Part shown: positions 9,905-20,036 of the stretch, piece by piece
Position numbering within the stretch: position 1 is the stretch's first letter
How the letters are laid out: the number at the start of each line of letters is the position of its first letter
Assembly (NCBI RefSeq): GCF_004010195.1
Contig: NC_057718.1
Location: 95,747,158 to 95,767,254, forward strand
Direction: 5' to 3'
Length of the DNA stretch: 20,097 nucleotides
From: Chiloscyllium plagiosum
Lineage: Eukaryota
Made by a program: the position numbers and the translations under genes
The notes under the pieces: model-generated
Told to the model about the DNA's origin: nothing
Database searches by the model: none
Seen by the model: only the letters and a program-made list of their open reading frames with translations

Positions 9905-10350
9905 CCTAGTCCATTAACAAAATCCATATCGACAGCATCAACTGCCCTGCCCTCATCAATTATCTTTATCACCTCCTTAAAAACTCAATCGAATTTGTGA
10001 GACCTTCCCCACACAAAGCCATGTTACTCATCTCTAATAAGTCCATATTTTACCAGATGTGAGTAGATCCTATTCCTAAGAACCTTCTCCAATAATTTCC
10101 CTTCCACTTAGGCTCAGCGGCCTGTAATTTCCCAGATTATTCCTGTTGCCATTATTAAAAAAAGGAACAATACTGGTTATTCCCCAATCCTCTCGGACCT
10201 CTCCTGTGACTAAAGTGCGCACACAGATTTCATACAAGGCCCCAGCAATTTCTTTCCTCACCTCCGTCAGTATTCTGGGATCGATCCCATCAGATCCTGG
10301 GACTTGTCTACCATAGTGCTTTTTAAAACACCCCCAACACCTCCTCTCTG

Positions 10351-10383
10351 TCCACACTGTAGGGATTCTATGATTCCATGATT
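10351..10383 (+). mobile_element. Severely 5'-truncated HE1/CR1 3' tail
   Basis: TCCACACTGTAGGGATTCTATGATTCCATGATT matches the SINE tails at 18683-18700 and 5335-5353; sits inside the minus-strand CR1. Confidence 0.7.
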
Positions 10384-11386
10384 TTTATATTGACATGCCC
10401 CAGAAAATCAAAATGCCCATCCCAAGATTCACCATCCATCATGTCCTTCTCCTTTGTGAATACTGATGCAAAGTAGTAATTGAGGATCTCACCCACTTCC
10501 TCCTCACGAAGGAATTCCCTCTTTTGTCCTTAAGTGGACCTTCCCTTTTCCTAGCTACCCTCTTGGCTCCTCATATATGTACAAAATACCTTGGGATTTT
10601 CCTTAATCCTGTTTGTCAAAGACATTTCATGAGCCCTTTTAGTCCTCCTAATACCTTGTTTGAGTTCTTTCCTTCTATTTTTGTATTCTTCGAGGGATCT
10701 CTCTGTCCTCCGTTTCCTAAGATGAATCTTTAAAATAAATCAATCCCACTATGTTTTACTGGCAGGATGGTTGTTCAGGGCCCTGATTTGCCTATCAAGA
10801 GGTCTCTTCTTGGATTTAGTGGGTGCCCCTGCTCTTTTATGAAAACTACTAGATTAAAATGGGGATCGGTGGGATCATTGCAGGAATAGAGTCCTTTTTG
10901 ATGGATTTAACTATCCACACACTCCACTTCTGTTGGAGTGCTGGGTAATGATTGCCATTTATCTCAATGTTCTGTATTTTAACATTTGTGTCTTACATAT
11001 GGTTTATCAGTTCTCCTCTCCATTTGTGGATTTGGCTGGTAAATTGGTTGTGGTATTAATACAGAATAAGCTGCAATAGCGATGCTAAATCTGCTGTTGA
11101 ATTGTTGAAGAATTCTCTTCATGTATCTGGCTTCAGGTAAATATCCATTCATACAATGCTCTGTTTGCCTTTTAACATCTTTGTGTTTGCACTGTTATGT
11201 TGCACTCCTTCAGAAGGGGAACTAACCTTGTATTTTTCAAGTTAGTCAGAAAATGACCCTTCATTTGCTGATCTCTAGGCACGGCTATGGGGAGTTTGAG
11301 AGAATTGTGCAAAATGAAACCCTAGTTATTTAAAAGTAGTAATTTGGAAGTCGAGAAATTGCTGATATAAAGGCACATGGTATTGA

Positions 11387-11519
11387 TGATTTGGAGATGC
11401 CGGTGTTGGACTGGGGTGTACAAAGTTAAAAATCACACAACACCAGGTTATAGTTCAACAGGTTTAATTGGAAGCACACTAGCTTTCGGAGCACGACTCC
11501 TTCATCAAATGGTTGTGTA
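11387..11519 (-). mobile_element. 133-bp PLE-type terminal insertion (variant C) with near-intact hammerhead
   Basis: TSD CACATGGTATTGA (11374-11386) / CACATGGCATTGA (11520-11532), 12/13; body nearly identical to 19890-19980. Confidence 0.85.
11480..11508 (-). ncRNA. Minimal hammerhead ribozyme (variant C), single C3U core change
   Basis: Reverse complement TTGATGA-A-GGAGT-CGT-GCTCC-GAAA-GCTA; 5-bp stem II (one U-G pair), palindromic AGCU, CUA triplet. Confidence 0.75.
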
Positions 11520-11664
11520 CACATGGCATTGAAGCTTTTTGTCTTGCACTCATTGAAACAATTTGCAAGAATACCAATTCAAGGGAAAACTAACACTTGG
11601 GTTAGTAAGATGAAAAAGCTTTGCATAAATGTGTCTTTTTTTCAGCATTACTTGAATTTCAGTT

Positions 11665-11855
11665 AGGTTAGCTCAATTGACTGGACAGCTGGTAATATAA
11701 TGTGGAGTAATAAGAATGGTGCATGTTCAATTCCTACACTGGCTGAGGTTACCGTGAAGGACTCTCTTTTTCAACCTCTCTACTCACGTGAGGTGTGGTG
11801 AAACTTAGATTATGGTACCACTAGTCATCTCTCTCCAAGGAGAGAGTGGTCCAGC
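11665..11855 (+). mobile_element. Third type of tRNA-derived SINE, degraded
   Basis: A-box-like TAGCTCAATTG (~11669-11679), B box GTTCAATTCC (~11725-11734), terminal CTCTCTC...GAGAGAG stem; family recognised from memory only. Confidence 0.55.
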
Positions 11856-12335
11856 TTTTAACTAAGATCAAAGTGAGATCCTCGCTAAGCCATGGGCAAG
11901 CCTATTAAGGGGGATTACTGTTTATTAAATGCCGTATGAATTGCTCATCTTGCCTCATTAATCTATAGCTTTCTGTCATATCGCCTGTCATGAGCTAACT
12001 AGATGCCAAGAATTCTCGACATATAAGTCAGAGCAGATAGCTCCAAAGGTATTCCATGTTGTACGCCATTCATTCCATAGGCACCAGCCACATGCACCCC
12101 AAGTACATGGACATTGCCATCTGATGTGTGCCAGCCTGCAGGAATCCTGGTTCTCCCCACTGCTGTAGAGAACCAGGGTTCCAGTGGAAAGCCTTACACC
12201 CAAACAGACAACTGTGTAGCCTGCCTAACAGTGATGGCAAGATGGACTGATAAAAATCAAAGATTGCAATTGAAGGTGCAAAGTCTCCACCATTTTGTTG
12301 CCATTTCAGACAATATTAGATTGTCCCTTTTTAAA

Positions 12336-12581
12336 TGATGTGGAGGAGCCGGTGTTGGACTGGGGTGGATAAAGTCTGAAATCACACGACACCAGGTTAT
12401 AGTCCAACAGGTTTATTTAAAATCACAAGCTTTCAGAGGCACAGACACAGAATATACAGGCGGAATATATAATGCCAGTGCGCCTCCCTCCACTTCACCT
12501 GATGAAGGAGCAGCGCTTTCAAAAGCTTGCGATTTTAAATAAACCTGTTCGACTATAACCTGGTGCTGTGTGACTTCAGAC
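12336..12581. mobile_element. Fold-back PLE-type insertion (variant C subfamily): two inverted ~60-bp arms, spacer, degenerate hammerhead
   Basis: Arms ~12374-12433 and ~12522-12581 are reverse complements with a few mismatches; CTGATGA-A-GGAGC-AGC-GCTTTC-AAAAGCTT at 12499-12528; TSD ATTGTCCCTTTTTAAA (12320-12335) / ATTGTCCTTTTTTAAA (12582-12597), 15/16. Confidence 0.85.
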
Positions 12582-12850
12582 ATTGTCCTTTTTTAAAATG
12601 CACCTAAAAGGCCAGGGCACAATAATTTGAATGAAGTATTGCAATCAGATTATTTTGTCCTGTTACAGTGTGGACTTGTATGGTAAGCTTTTCAAGGACC
12701 TGGCTACAGCATGAGTTCTTTACAGAGGTCAGCAAAGCAACGTCTGCAATGAAATCCTTTCAAAATGAACACCTTTTCTATGTACTTAAAGCAAGATATT
12801 GGGAAGTTATCTTCATTTCTTCAAGTTCCAAACTTGTTTCTAACTTCGAA

Positions 12851-13323
12851 TCATAATTTCATTGAGTCATAAAGTCATACAGCACGGAAACAGACCCTTC
12901 GGTTTAAAGAGTCCATGCCGACCATAATCCCAAACTGAACTAGCTGGTTTTTGTGCTTGGCCTATATCGCTCCAAACCTTTCTCATTCATATACTCATCT
13001 AAATGCCTTTTAAATGTTATATCTGTACCTGTATCCACCACTTCCTCTGGAAGTTCATTCCACACGCGATTCACTCTGTATGTAAAAACATTGCCCCCAT
13101 GTCTTTTTTAAAACCTTTCTCCGCTCACCTTAAAAATATGGTCCCCAGTCTTGAAATCCCCAACGTAGGGGGAAAAAAACCCTGCCATTCACCTTGTCTA
13201 TATCCCTCATGATTTTATGAACCTCTATAAGGTCACCCCTAAACCTCCTAAGCTCCAGTGAAAAACACCCCAGCCTGTCCAGCCTCTCCCAATAACTCAT
13301 AACCTCCATCCCTGCCAACATCT
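12851..13323 (-). mobile_element. CR1-clade LINE 3' fragment
   Basis: ORF 13130-13321 MLAGMEVMSYWERLDRLGCFSLELRRFRGDLIEVHKIMRDIDKV; GAGTCAT-type tail at the left end. Confidence 0.88.
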
Positions 13324-13559
13324 CTGCATGTTAAAGAGCTTCTCAAAGTGTAGTATCACTTTTTGCCAAATAATGTTGGGTGGCAATGTTTCTCACCTCA
13401 ACCTCTAGTTGGATATCCTCCTTGGACTGTTCCTTTATAACCATCTTGAATATTTCCAAAGTTCTTCACCTGCAAAAAGCCCCCCTCTTCCTTTAAATGG
13501 CTGCTGCAGCCCTTTGCTACATACTGAAGTGTCAGATATCCCATCCGTGAATCTATGTT

Positions 13560-13617
13560 TCATGCCAGATCTGCTGAGTCTTTCTAGCAATTTCTATTTT
13601 TGTTTCAGATTTTCAGT
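13560..13617 (+). mobile_element. Short remnant of a PLE terminal sequence
   Basis: TGCCAGATCTGCTGAGTCTTTCTAGCAATTTCTATTTTTGTTTCAGATTTTCAG resembles the reverse complement of 5688-5742 and 2241-2280. Confidence 0.55.
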
Positions 13618-13626
13618 TCTTTGGCT

Positions 13627-14711
13627 CTTCACTATTATCTCTTTGAGACTGATTACTAAACTTAGTGATCTCAGACTAAGCCCCACTCTCTGCAACTGGA
13701 TCCTCAGCTTCCTGATCCACAGGCCACAATCTGTGAAGATCGAGGACAGTATTTCATCCTCACTAACACTCAACACTGGAGCCCCCCAAGGGTGGGTACT
13801 GAGCCCCCACTGTACTCGTGTATACCCATGACTGCGTCGCCAAATACCAGACTAATGCCATTTACAAGTTTTCTAATGACACCACAATAGTTGGTCAAAT
13901 CTCAGATGGTGATGAAACAGACTACAGACAGGAGGTGGAAGACCAGGAAAAATGGTGCATTGAGAACAACCTAGCTCTCAATGCTGGCAAAACCAAGGAA
14001 CTCATTATTGACTTTTGGCGGCATGTTACTCATGCCTCCCCACCACTACATTAACAGCACAGAGGTGGAAAGAGTGGAGAGTGTCAAGCTCCTGGGAGTG
14101 GTCATCCACAACAAGCTTTCTTGGACTCTTCATGTGGACGAACTGATTACAAAGGCTCAACAACGTCTCTTCTTCCTCAGGCAGCTGAGAAAATTTGGCA
14201 TGATGCCGAATACCCTTGCCAACTTTTATAGGTGCGCCATCGAGAGCATTCTGTCTGGATGTATCACTACCTGGTATGGCAACTGTATTATTCAAGATCG
14301 GAGACGGTTGCAGAGAGTATTGAACTAGGACTGGACAATCACAAAGGCAAATCTCCCAACTATAGAATCCATCTACCAGGCCCACTGTCAAGGAAAGGCC
14401 ACCAGCATTCTCAAAGATCCATCCCACCCTGGCAATGCTTTTCTACAACCTCTACCATTGGGGAGAAGGTACAGAAGTCTGAACACACACGCCATCCCGT
14501 TTCGGAACAGTTTATACCCTGCTGTTGTTGGAATACTGAATGGACTCACAAACTCTTAGCATTTGCCTGTACCTGTGTTTTTGTTTTGCTGCTGTTTTAC
14601 CTATTATTTACTCATCTATGCTATTTAACTCTGTGATCTGCCTGTATTGCTCACAAGACAAAGCTTTTCACTGTGCCTCGGTACATGTGACAATAAATTT
14701 AATTCAATTCA
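13627..14711 (+). mobile_element. Rex1/Babar-clade non-LTR retrotransposon, 5'-truncated RT with frameshifts plus 3' UTR
   Basis: Consecutive frames [18 protein letters not shown]...[13 protein letters not shown] / YTHDC...IYKFSNDTTIVGQISDGDETDYRQEV...LNAGKTKELIIDF / KAQQRLFFLRQLRKF...FYRCAIESILSGCITTWYGNC; ends GTGACAATAAA plus (AATTC)n tail. Confidence 0.9.
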
Positions 14712-14984
14712 GTCAAAATTGTATTGCCACAGTCCAAGAAGGTCAGTGTTGAAAACACCCAGTGACACAGGTCCAAATATTTGATAATAGTATCTTGTAC
14801 TTGACGGGGTACAATGGAAAGTATGCTTACCTGGCTACATGAATAAGTACTCAACTTATCCATTAATGAGGAAATGTGCATTGATAGCATGAGATTATTC
14901 AGTAATATATTCATGGCAAAATCCTCACAGTCCAATCTGGGGCTGCCAACCACCATCAGAAAAGATAAACCATTTTCCATGAAA

Positions 14985-15070
14985 AGTGAAGGCTCAGTGG
15001 TGATCTGATTTATTAAGTTATAAAGGGCTTTGATGGGGAAAACATAAAGGAGATGGTTTCACTGCTGGAG
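14985..15070 (+). mobile_element. Highly degraded CR1 C-terminal remnant
   Basis: AAGGCTCAGTGGTGATCTGAT...TATAAAGGGCTTTGAT resembles the RLRGDLIEV.KI.KG.D segment of the other CR1 copies. Confidence 0.4.
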
Positions 15071-15331
15071 GAAGGACTAGCAATGACTATTAGGGTGTGT
15101 TGTATTTCAGTTCAAACAGGGAATCCAAGTTGCTGTGGCGACATGCACCTTTACCTACATTCTCACCACCCTAAGGGTAAAGAGGTTTCTCCAGATCTCC
15201 ATATTGATTAATCAGCGACTGACTGATACTTGTAGGAGGCCATGTGGTTCAGTGGAAAATCAGATTGGCAAATTACATACCACATTATGAATATTTAAAT
15301 GAGGATTGATCCAGGGGGACAATTAGCAGCA

Positions 15332-15613
15332 TCATAAAATTCCTATAGTGTGGAAGCAGGCCATATGGCCTATCAAGTCTGAACCAAACCTCTGAAGAGC
15401 ATCCCACCTATACCCACCCCATCCCTGAATTTCCCATGGCTAATCCACCTAACCTGCATATCTTTAGACAGAAGGAGGAAACCTGAGGAAACCCATGCAG
15501 ACATAAAGAGAATGTGCAAACTCCACACAGACTGTTGCTCAAAGGTGGAATCAAACCCAGGGTCCCTGGATCTGTGAGGCAGCAGGGCTAACCACTGAGC
15601 TACTGTCCAGCCC
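15332..15613 (-). mobile_element. HE1-like SINE
   Basis: Reverse-complement head CTAACCACTGAGCTACTGT, body GAGAATGTGCAAACTCCACACAGAC, tail TCATAAAATTCCTATAGTGTGGAAGCAGGCC. Confidence 0.88.
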
Positions 15614-16341
15614 AAGTCGGTTCATTGTATGTCTGCCTCCCTTCACCATGTTATCAGTAGACCAAGCATTGAGCTGTTGCTGTCTTACACTTGGTGATAC
15701 TATCACTCTTTCACATACTTCCCTTTTTGTAAGATGGTATTGAGCACACTTTTTCATCCTGACTTCTTTAAATAATCTCCCATGTTTCTCTGAAATGTCT
15801 TGGAACATTTTCTAAACTAAAAACATTGGATCCCTATATCTCTGTTCTCCTACTTGTCTGAGGGTAACTCCTTACCCTCGGTATATCTGCAGATCTCTTA
15901 GGAAATTTCAGTGGAACTTCCGTGGAATTTCACTCCCACTTTATGAATGCTAATAGTTTTGTTTTCCAATCAATGCAAATTAAAAGATGGAAACTGTTTG
16001 TGTATCAAAGCATTAGATGATTAAATGTTAGTTCCCATTTGGTTATAATTTTCTGAGACTGCTAATACGAATAGACCTTGGTATTCTGATTGAATACTTC
16101 ATCGATCAAGCAATCCTTTTTTTTGAGGCTATATACTTATTTAGTTCAAGCCCTATAAGCAACGACATAGTATATGTAAGTTGTCAGTCTCAAGGGCTAA
16201 AATGCCAGTAATCAAGAGTCCCAGTTAGCCCACAGGCTTTACTTTGGATACTCTTTATCATAGAATCTACAGACAGGGAATATTAGTTTCTACATGATAA
16301 CTGAAATTCCTGATCATCCATGTTTTGACTCAACTTCAAAG

Positions 16342-16848
16342 GGCTCAGGAAAGATTTACAAGGATGCTGCCAGGGTATGACGATTTGAGCTATAGGGAGA
16401 GGCTGAATAGACTGGGACTATTTTCCCTGGAGCATTGGAAGCGGGGTTTGGGGGTTGGGAGGGGGGGGGGGGGGTAAGTGGGGGTGACCTTATAGACGTT
16501 TACAAAATCATTAGGGGCGTAGATAAGATAAATAGACAAGGTTTTTTCCCTGGAGTGGGTGAGTCCAGAACTAAAGGTCATAGGTTTAGGGTGAGAGGGA
16601 AAAGATATAAAATGGACCTAAGGGGCAATTTTTTACGCAGAGGGTGGTGCCAGATGAAGTATGGGAAGCTCGTATAATTGCAGCATTCAAAAAGCATTTG
16701 GATAGGTATATGAATAGGAGAGGCTTTAGAGGAGTATGGGCCAAGTGCTGGTAGATGGGACTAGATTAGGTTAGGATATCTGGTCAGCATGGACGATTTG
16801 AACCGAAGGGTCTATTTCCGTGCTGTACATCTCTATGACTCCATGACT
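16342..16848 (+). mobile_element. CR1-clade LINE 3' fragment with internal G-rich expansion
   Basis: ORF 16435-16677 GDLIDVYKIIRGVDKINRQGFFPGVGESRTKGHRFRVRG; tail CTCTATGACTCCATGACT. Confidence 0.88.
16443..16484 (+). repeat. G-rich tract with G-quadruplex potential
   Basis: GGGG-TTT-GGGGG-TT-GGG-A-G14-TAAGT-GGGGG. Confidence 0.7.
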
Positions 16849-16857
16849 AGCATTTAA

Positions 16858-17609
16858 TTTTATTTATGCAAATGATTTGGATGAGAATATAGGAGGCATG
16901 GTGGATAATTTTGCAGATGACACCAAAACTGGTGGTATAGTGGATAGTGAAGAAGATTATCTAAGATTACAAAGAGATCTTGATCAATTGGGCTAATGGG
17001 CTGAGGATTATCAGATGGAGTTAGATTTGGATAAATGTGAGGTATTGCATTTTGGTAAAACAAACAAAAAGAGGAATTATACAATTAATGCTAGGAACCT
17101 AGGAAGTGCTGTGAAACAGCGAGCCCTAGGGGTTTTGATACAAAACTCTGAAATTTGTGTCTCTGTTAGACAGGGTGTTTAAGAAGGCATATAGCACGCT
17201 TGCCTTCATTACTCTGACCTTTGAGTATAGGAGTTGGGTGTCATGTTGAGGTCATGCAGGATGTTGGTGAGGCCTCTTCCAGACTACTGTGTGCAGTCCT
17301 GGTTGCCTTGTAACATTATTAAACTGGAGAGGGTTCAGAAAAAATTACCAGATGTTGCCAGGAATGAGATACAAAAATGGATGGAAAGGCTGAGACATTT
17401 TTCAGTGGAGCTTAGGAGGTAGAGGGGTCACCGTATTGAGGTTTATAAAATCATGAGAGGCATCGATAAGGTGAAAGACAAGGATCTTTTCCCTAGGGTG
17501 GGAGTTGATCAAAGCTAAGGGGCATATTTTTAAGGTGAGAGCAAAAAGATTTAAAAAGGACATGAGGGCAATTTGTTTTTTACACAGAGAGTGATTCATG
17601 TGTGGACGA
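16858..17609 (+). mobile_element. CR1-clade LINE ORF2 fragment (RT core to near C-terminus, no tail)
   Basis: IYANDLDENIGGMVDNFADDTKTGGIVDSEEDYLRLQRDLDQL at ~16862-16990; ORF 17234-17422 LVRPLPDYCVQSW...KLERVQKK. Confidence 0.88.
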
Positions 17610-19889
17610 ACCTACACCTTCCTCCAAATCAGTTATGTCTCTCACAAACAACAGTGGTCCCAGCATGGATCCCTGTGGGACACCACTGGTCACAGGTCTC
17701 CATTTTGAGAAGCTCCCTTCCATTACTACTCTCTGTCTCCTGTTGCCCAACCAGTTCTCAATCCATCTAACTAGAACACCCTGGACCCCATGCGACTTCA
17801 CCTTCTTCATCAGCCTACCAAGGGGAACCTTACCAAACACCTTACTAAAGTGCATTTAAATGACATCTACTCCTCTTCCCTCATCAATCGACTTTGTCAC
17901 CTCTTCAAAGATTTCTATTAGGTTTGTAAGACATGACCTTCCCTGCGTAAAACCATGCTGCCTAACACTGATAAGACCATTTTCTTCCAAATGGGTATAT
18001 ATCGTATCCCTTAGTATCTTCTCCAATAGCTTCCCTACCACTCCTGTCAGGCTTTTGGGTCTGTAATTACCTGGATTATCCCTGCTACCCTTCTTAAACA
18101 AGAGGACAACATTAGCAATTTTCTAGTTCTCTGGGTCCTCCCCTAGTTTTCAAGGATGCTGCAATGATATCTGTTAAAGCCCCAGTTGTTTCCTCTCTCA
18201 GTCCCCTCAGTAACCTGGGATAGATCCTATCTGGTCCTGGGAACTTGTCCAGCTTAATGCCTTTTCTCCCTCCTTATGCTGACTTGACCTAGCGTAATCA
18301 AAGATCTATCCTTATTCTCAACATCCGTCATGTCCCTCTCCTCGGTGAATACTGACAAAAATTACTCATTAAGAATCTCACCCGTTTTCTCTGACTCCAT
18401 ATGTGGCTCAATGGTTAGCACTGCTGCCTCACAGCACCAGGGTCCTTGGTTCAATTCCAGCCTCGGATGTCCATTTGTGCGGAGTTTGCACATTCTCCCC
18501 GTGTCTGTGTGGGTTTCCTCTGGGTGTTCTGGTTTCCTCCCACAGTCCAAAGATGTGCAGGTCAGGTGAATTGGCCATGCTAAATTGCCCATAGCGTTAG
18601 GTGCATTAGTCAGAGGGAAATGGGTCTGGGTGGGTTACTGTTCGGAGGGTTGATGTGGAGTTGTTGGGCCAAATGGCCTGTTTCCACACTGTAGGGAATC
18701 TAATCTTTCCTCCTTTGTCCTTGAGTGGGCCAGTGCTTTCCCTTGTTACCCTTTTGCTCCCTATGTATGAATAAAAGGCTTTGGGGTTTTCCTTAACCCT
18801 GCTCACTAAGGATATCTCATGACTTCTTTTAGCGCTCTTAATTCCTCGTTTCAGATTGGTCCAACATTCCCGATATTCTTCCAAAGCTTTGTCTGACTTC
18901 GGTCGCTTGGACCTTATGTATACATCCTTTTTCCTGTTAGCTAGTCCTCACAATTTCACCTGTCATTCATGGTTCCCTAAACAGGAACATATCTCTCCTG
19001 AACTCTAATCAACCTCTCGTTAAATGCCTCCCACATATCGAATGTGAACTTTCCTTCAAACAGCTGCTCCCATCTGCATTCCCTGGCTCCTGCTGAATGT
19101 TGGTATAGTTGGCCTTCCCCAATTTATCCCTCTTCCTTTAGGACCACTCTCACTTTGTCCATGAGCATCCTAAAGGTTATGGAATTGTGATCACTATTCT
19201 CAAAGTAATCCTCCACTGAAACTTCAACCAACTGGCCGGGCTCATTTCCTAACCCCAGGTCCAGTATGGCCCCTTCACGAGTTGGACTACTTACATACTG
19301 CTTTAGAAGCCCCTCCTGGATGCTCCTTACAAATTCTGCACCATTCAATCTTCTAACACTAAGTGAATCCCAGTCAATGTTGGGAAAATTAAAATCTCCT
19401 ATCACCAATACCCTGTTGCTCCTACATCTTTCTATGATCTCTCTACGTATTTGTACCTCTATCTCACGTTCGCTGTTTGGAGACCTGTAGTAAAACCCCA
19501 ACATTGTTACCGCACCCTTCCTATTTCTGAATCTGCTCATATTGTCTCACTGCTCAAGTCATCCATGGTGCCCTCCTTCAGCACAGCTGTGATATCCTCT
19601 TTGATCAGTAATGCAACTCCTCCAGCCCTTTTACCTCTCTCGCTATCCCACCTGAAGCATCGATATCCTGGGACATTTAGTTGCCAATCATGTCCTTCCC
19701 TCAATCAAGTCTCTGTAATAGCAATGACATCATACTCCCAGGTGCTAATCCAAGCTCTAAGTTCATCTGTCTGACCTACTATACTACTTGCATTAAAACA
19801 AATGCACCTCAGACCACCAGTCCCTCTGCGTTCATCCACCGCTTCCTGCCTATTCTTGCCCTTAGTCACGCTGACTTCATTATCTAGTT
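17610..19889 (-). mobile_element. CR1-clade LINE ORF2: APE endonuclease, tether and RT N-terminal half (pseudogenised)
   Basis: GLRCICFNASSI...YDVIAITET; YYRSPN...VIGDFNFPNIDW...PTREGAILDL...SDHNSITF; KENPKAFYSYI; FKKGSRDNPGNYRP...[25 protein letters not shown]. Confidence 0.93.
18403..18706 (+). mobile_element. HE1-like SINE inserted in the CR1 tether region
   Basis: GTGGCTCAATGG A box, GGTTCAATTCC B box, conserved body, tail CCACACTGTAGGGAATCTAATCT; CR1 sequence resumes on both sides. Confidence 0.92.
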
Positions 19890-20036
19890 GATGATTTGAA
19901 GGTGCCGGTGTTGGACTGGGGTGTACAAAGTTAAAAATCACACAACACCAGGTTATAGTCCAACAGGTTTATTTGGAAGCTAGTGCTTCCAAATAAACCT
20001 GTTGGACTATAACCTGGTGTTGCGTGATTTTTAATC
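19890..20036. mobile_element. Fold-back PLE-type insertion (variant C) containing a 50-bp near-perfect palindrome
   Basis: Arms 19931-19980 and 19985-20034 match 49/50 with loop TAGT; TSD TTATCTAGTT (19880-19889) / TTATCTCGTT (20037-20046), 9/10. Confidence 0.88.

Larger units (their letters stand above)
9289..10730 (-). mobile_element. CR1-clade LINE ORF2 RT and tether (right part of the 8145-10730 element), with three nested inserts
   Basis: ORF 9219-9488 WMQNCLSPRRQRVAVEG...YTNDLKENVGGLNSKFADD; ORF 10076-10357 PGSDGIDPRIL...DWGITSIVPFF...GNYRPLSL. Confidence 0.9.
11347..11660. mobile_element. Old variant-D PLE terminal sequence in inverted (minus then plus) arrangement, interrupted at 11387-11519
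   Basis: 11531-11598 reverse complement TTGGTATTCTTGCAAATTGTTTCAATGAGTGCAAGACAAAAAGCTTC; 11605-11660 GTAAGATGAAAAAGCTTTG...ATGTGTCTTTTTTTCAGCATTACTTGAATTTC on plus; both resemble 1280-1365. Confidence 0.6.

Noticed and set aside
15551..15808. 85-aa minus-strand ORF, and similar short ORFs at 3819, 4402, 4702, 6310, 6860, 11988, 12114
   Set aside because: No recognisable motifs or convincing splice structure; lengths are compatible with chance.
15901..15934. Three imperfect 11-12 bp repeats (GGAAATTTCAGT GGAACTTCCGT GGAATTTCACT), NF-kB-like
   Set aside because: Too short and degenerate to support a functional call from sequence alone.
16858..19889. Two opposite CR1 pieces with complementary ORF2 coverage, suggesting one inverted element
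   Set aside because: The junction is tail-to-tail, not twin-priming geometry, and the overlap differs (NDLDENIGG versus TDLEEGVG), which points to separate subfamilies.
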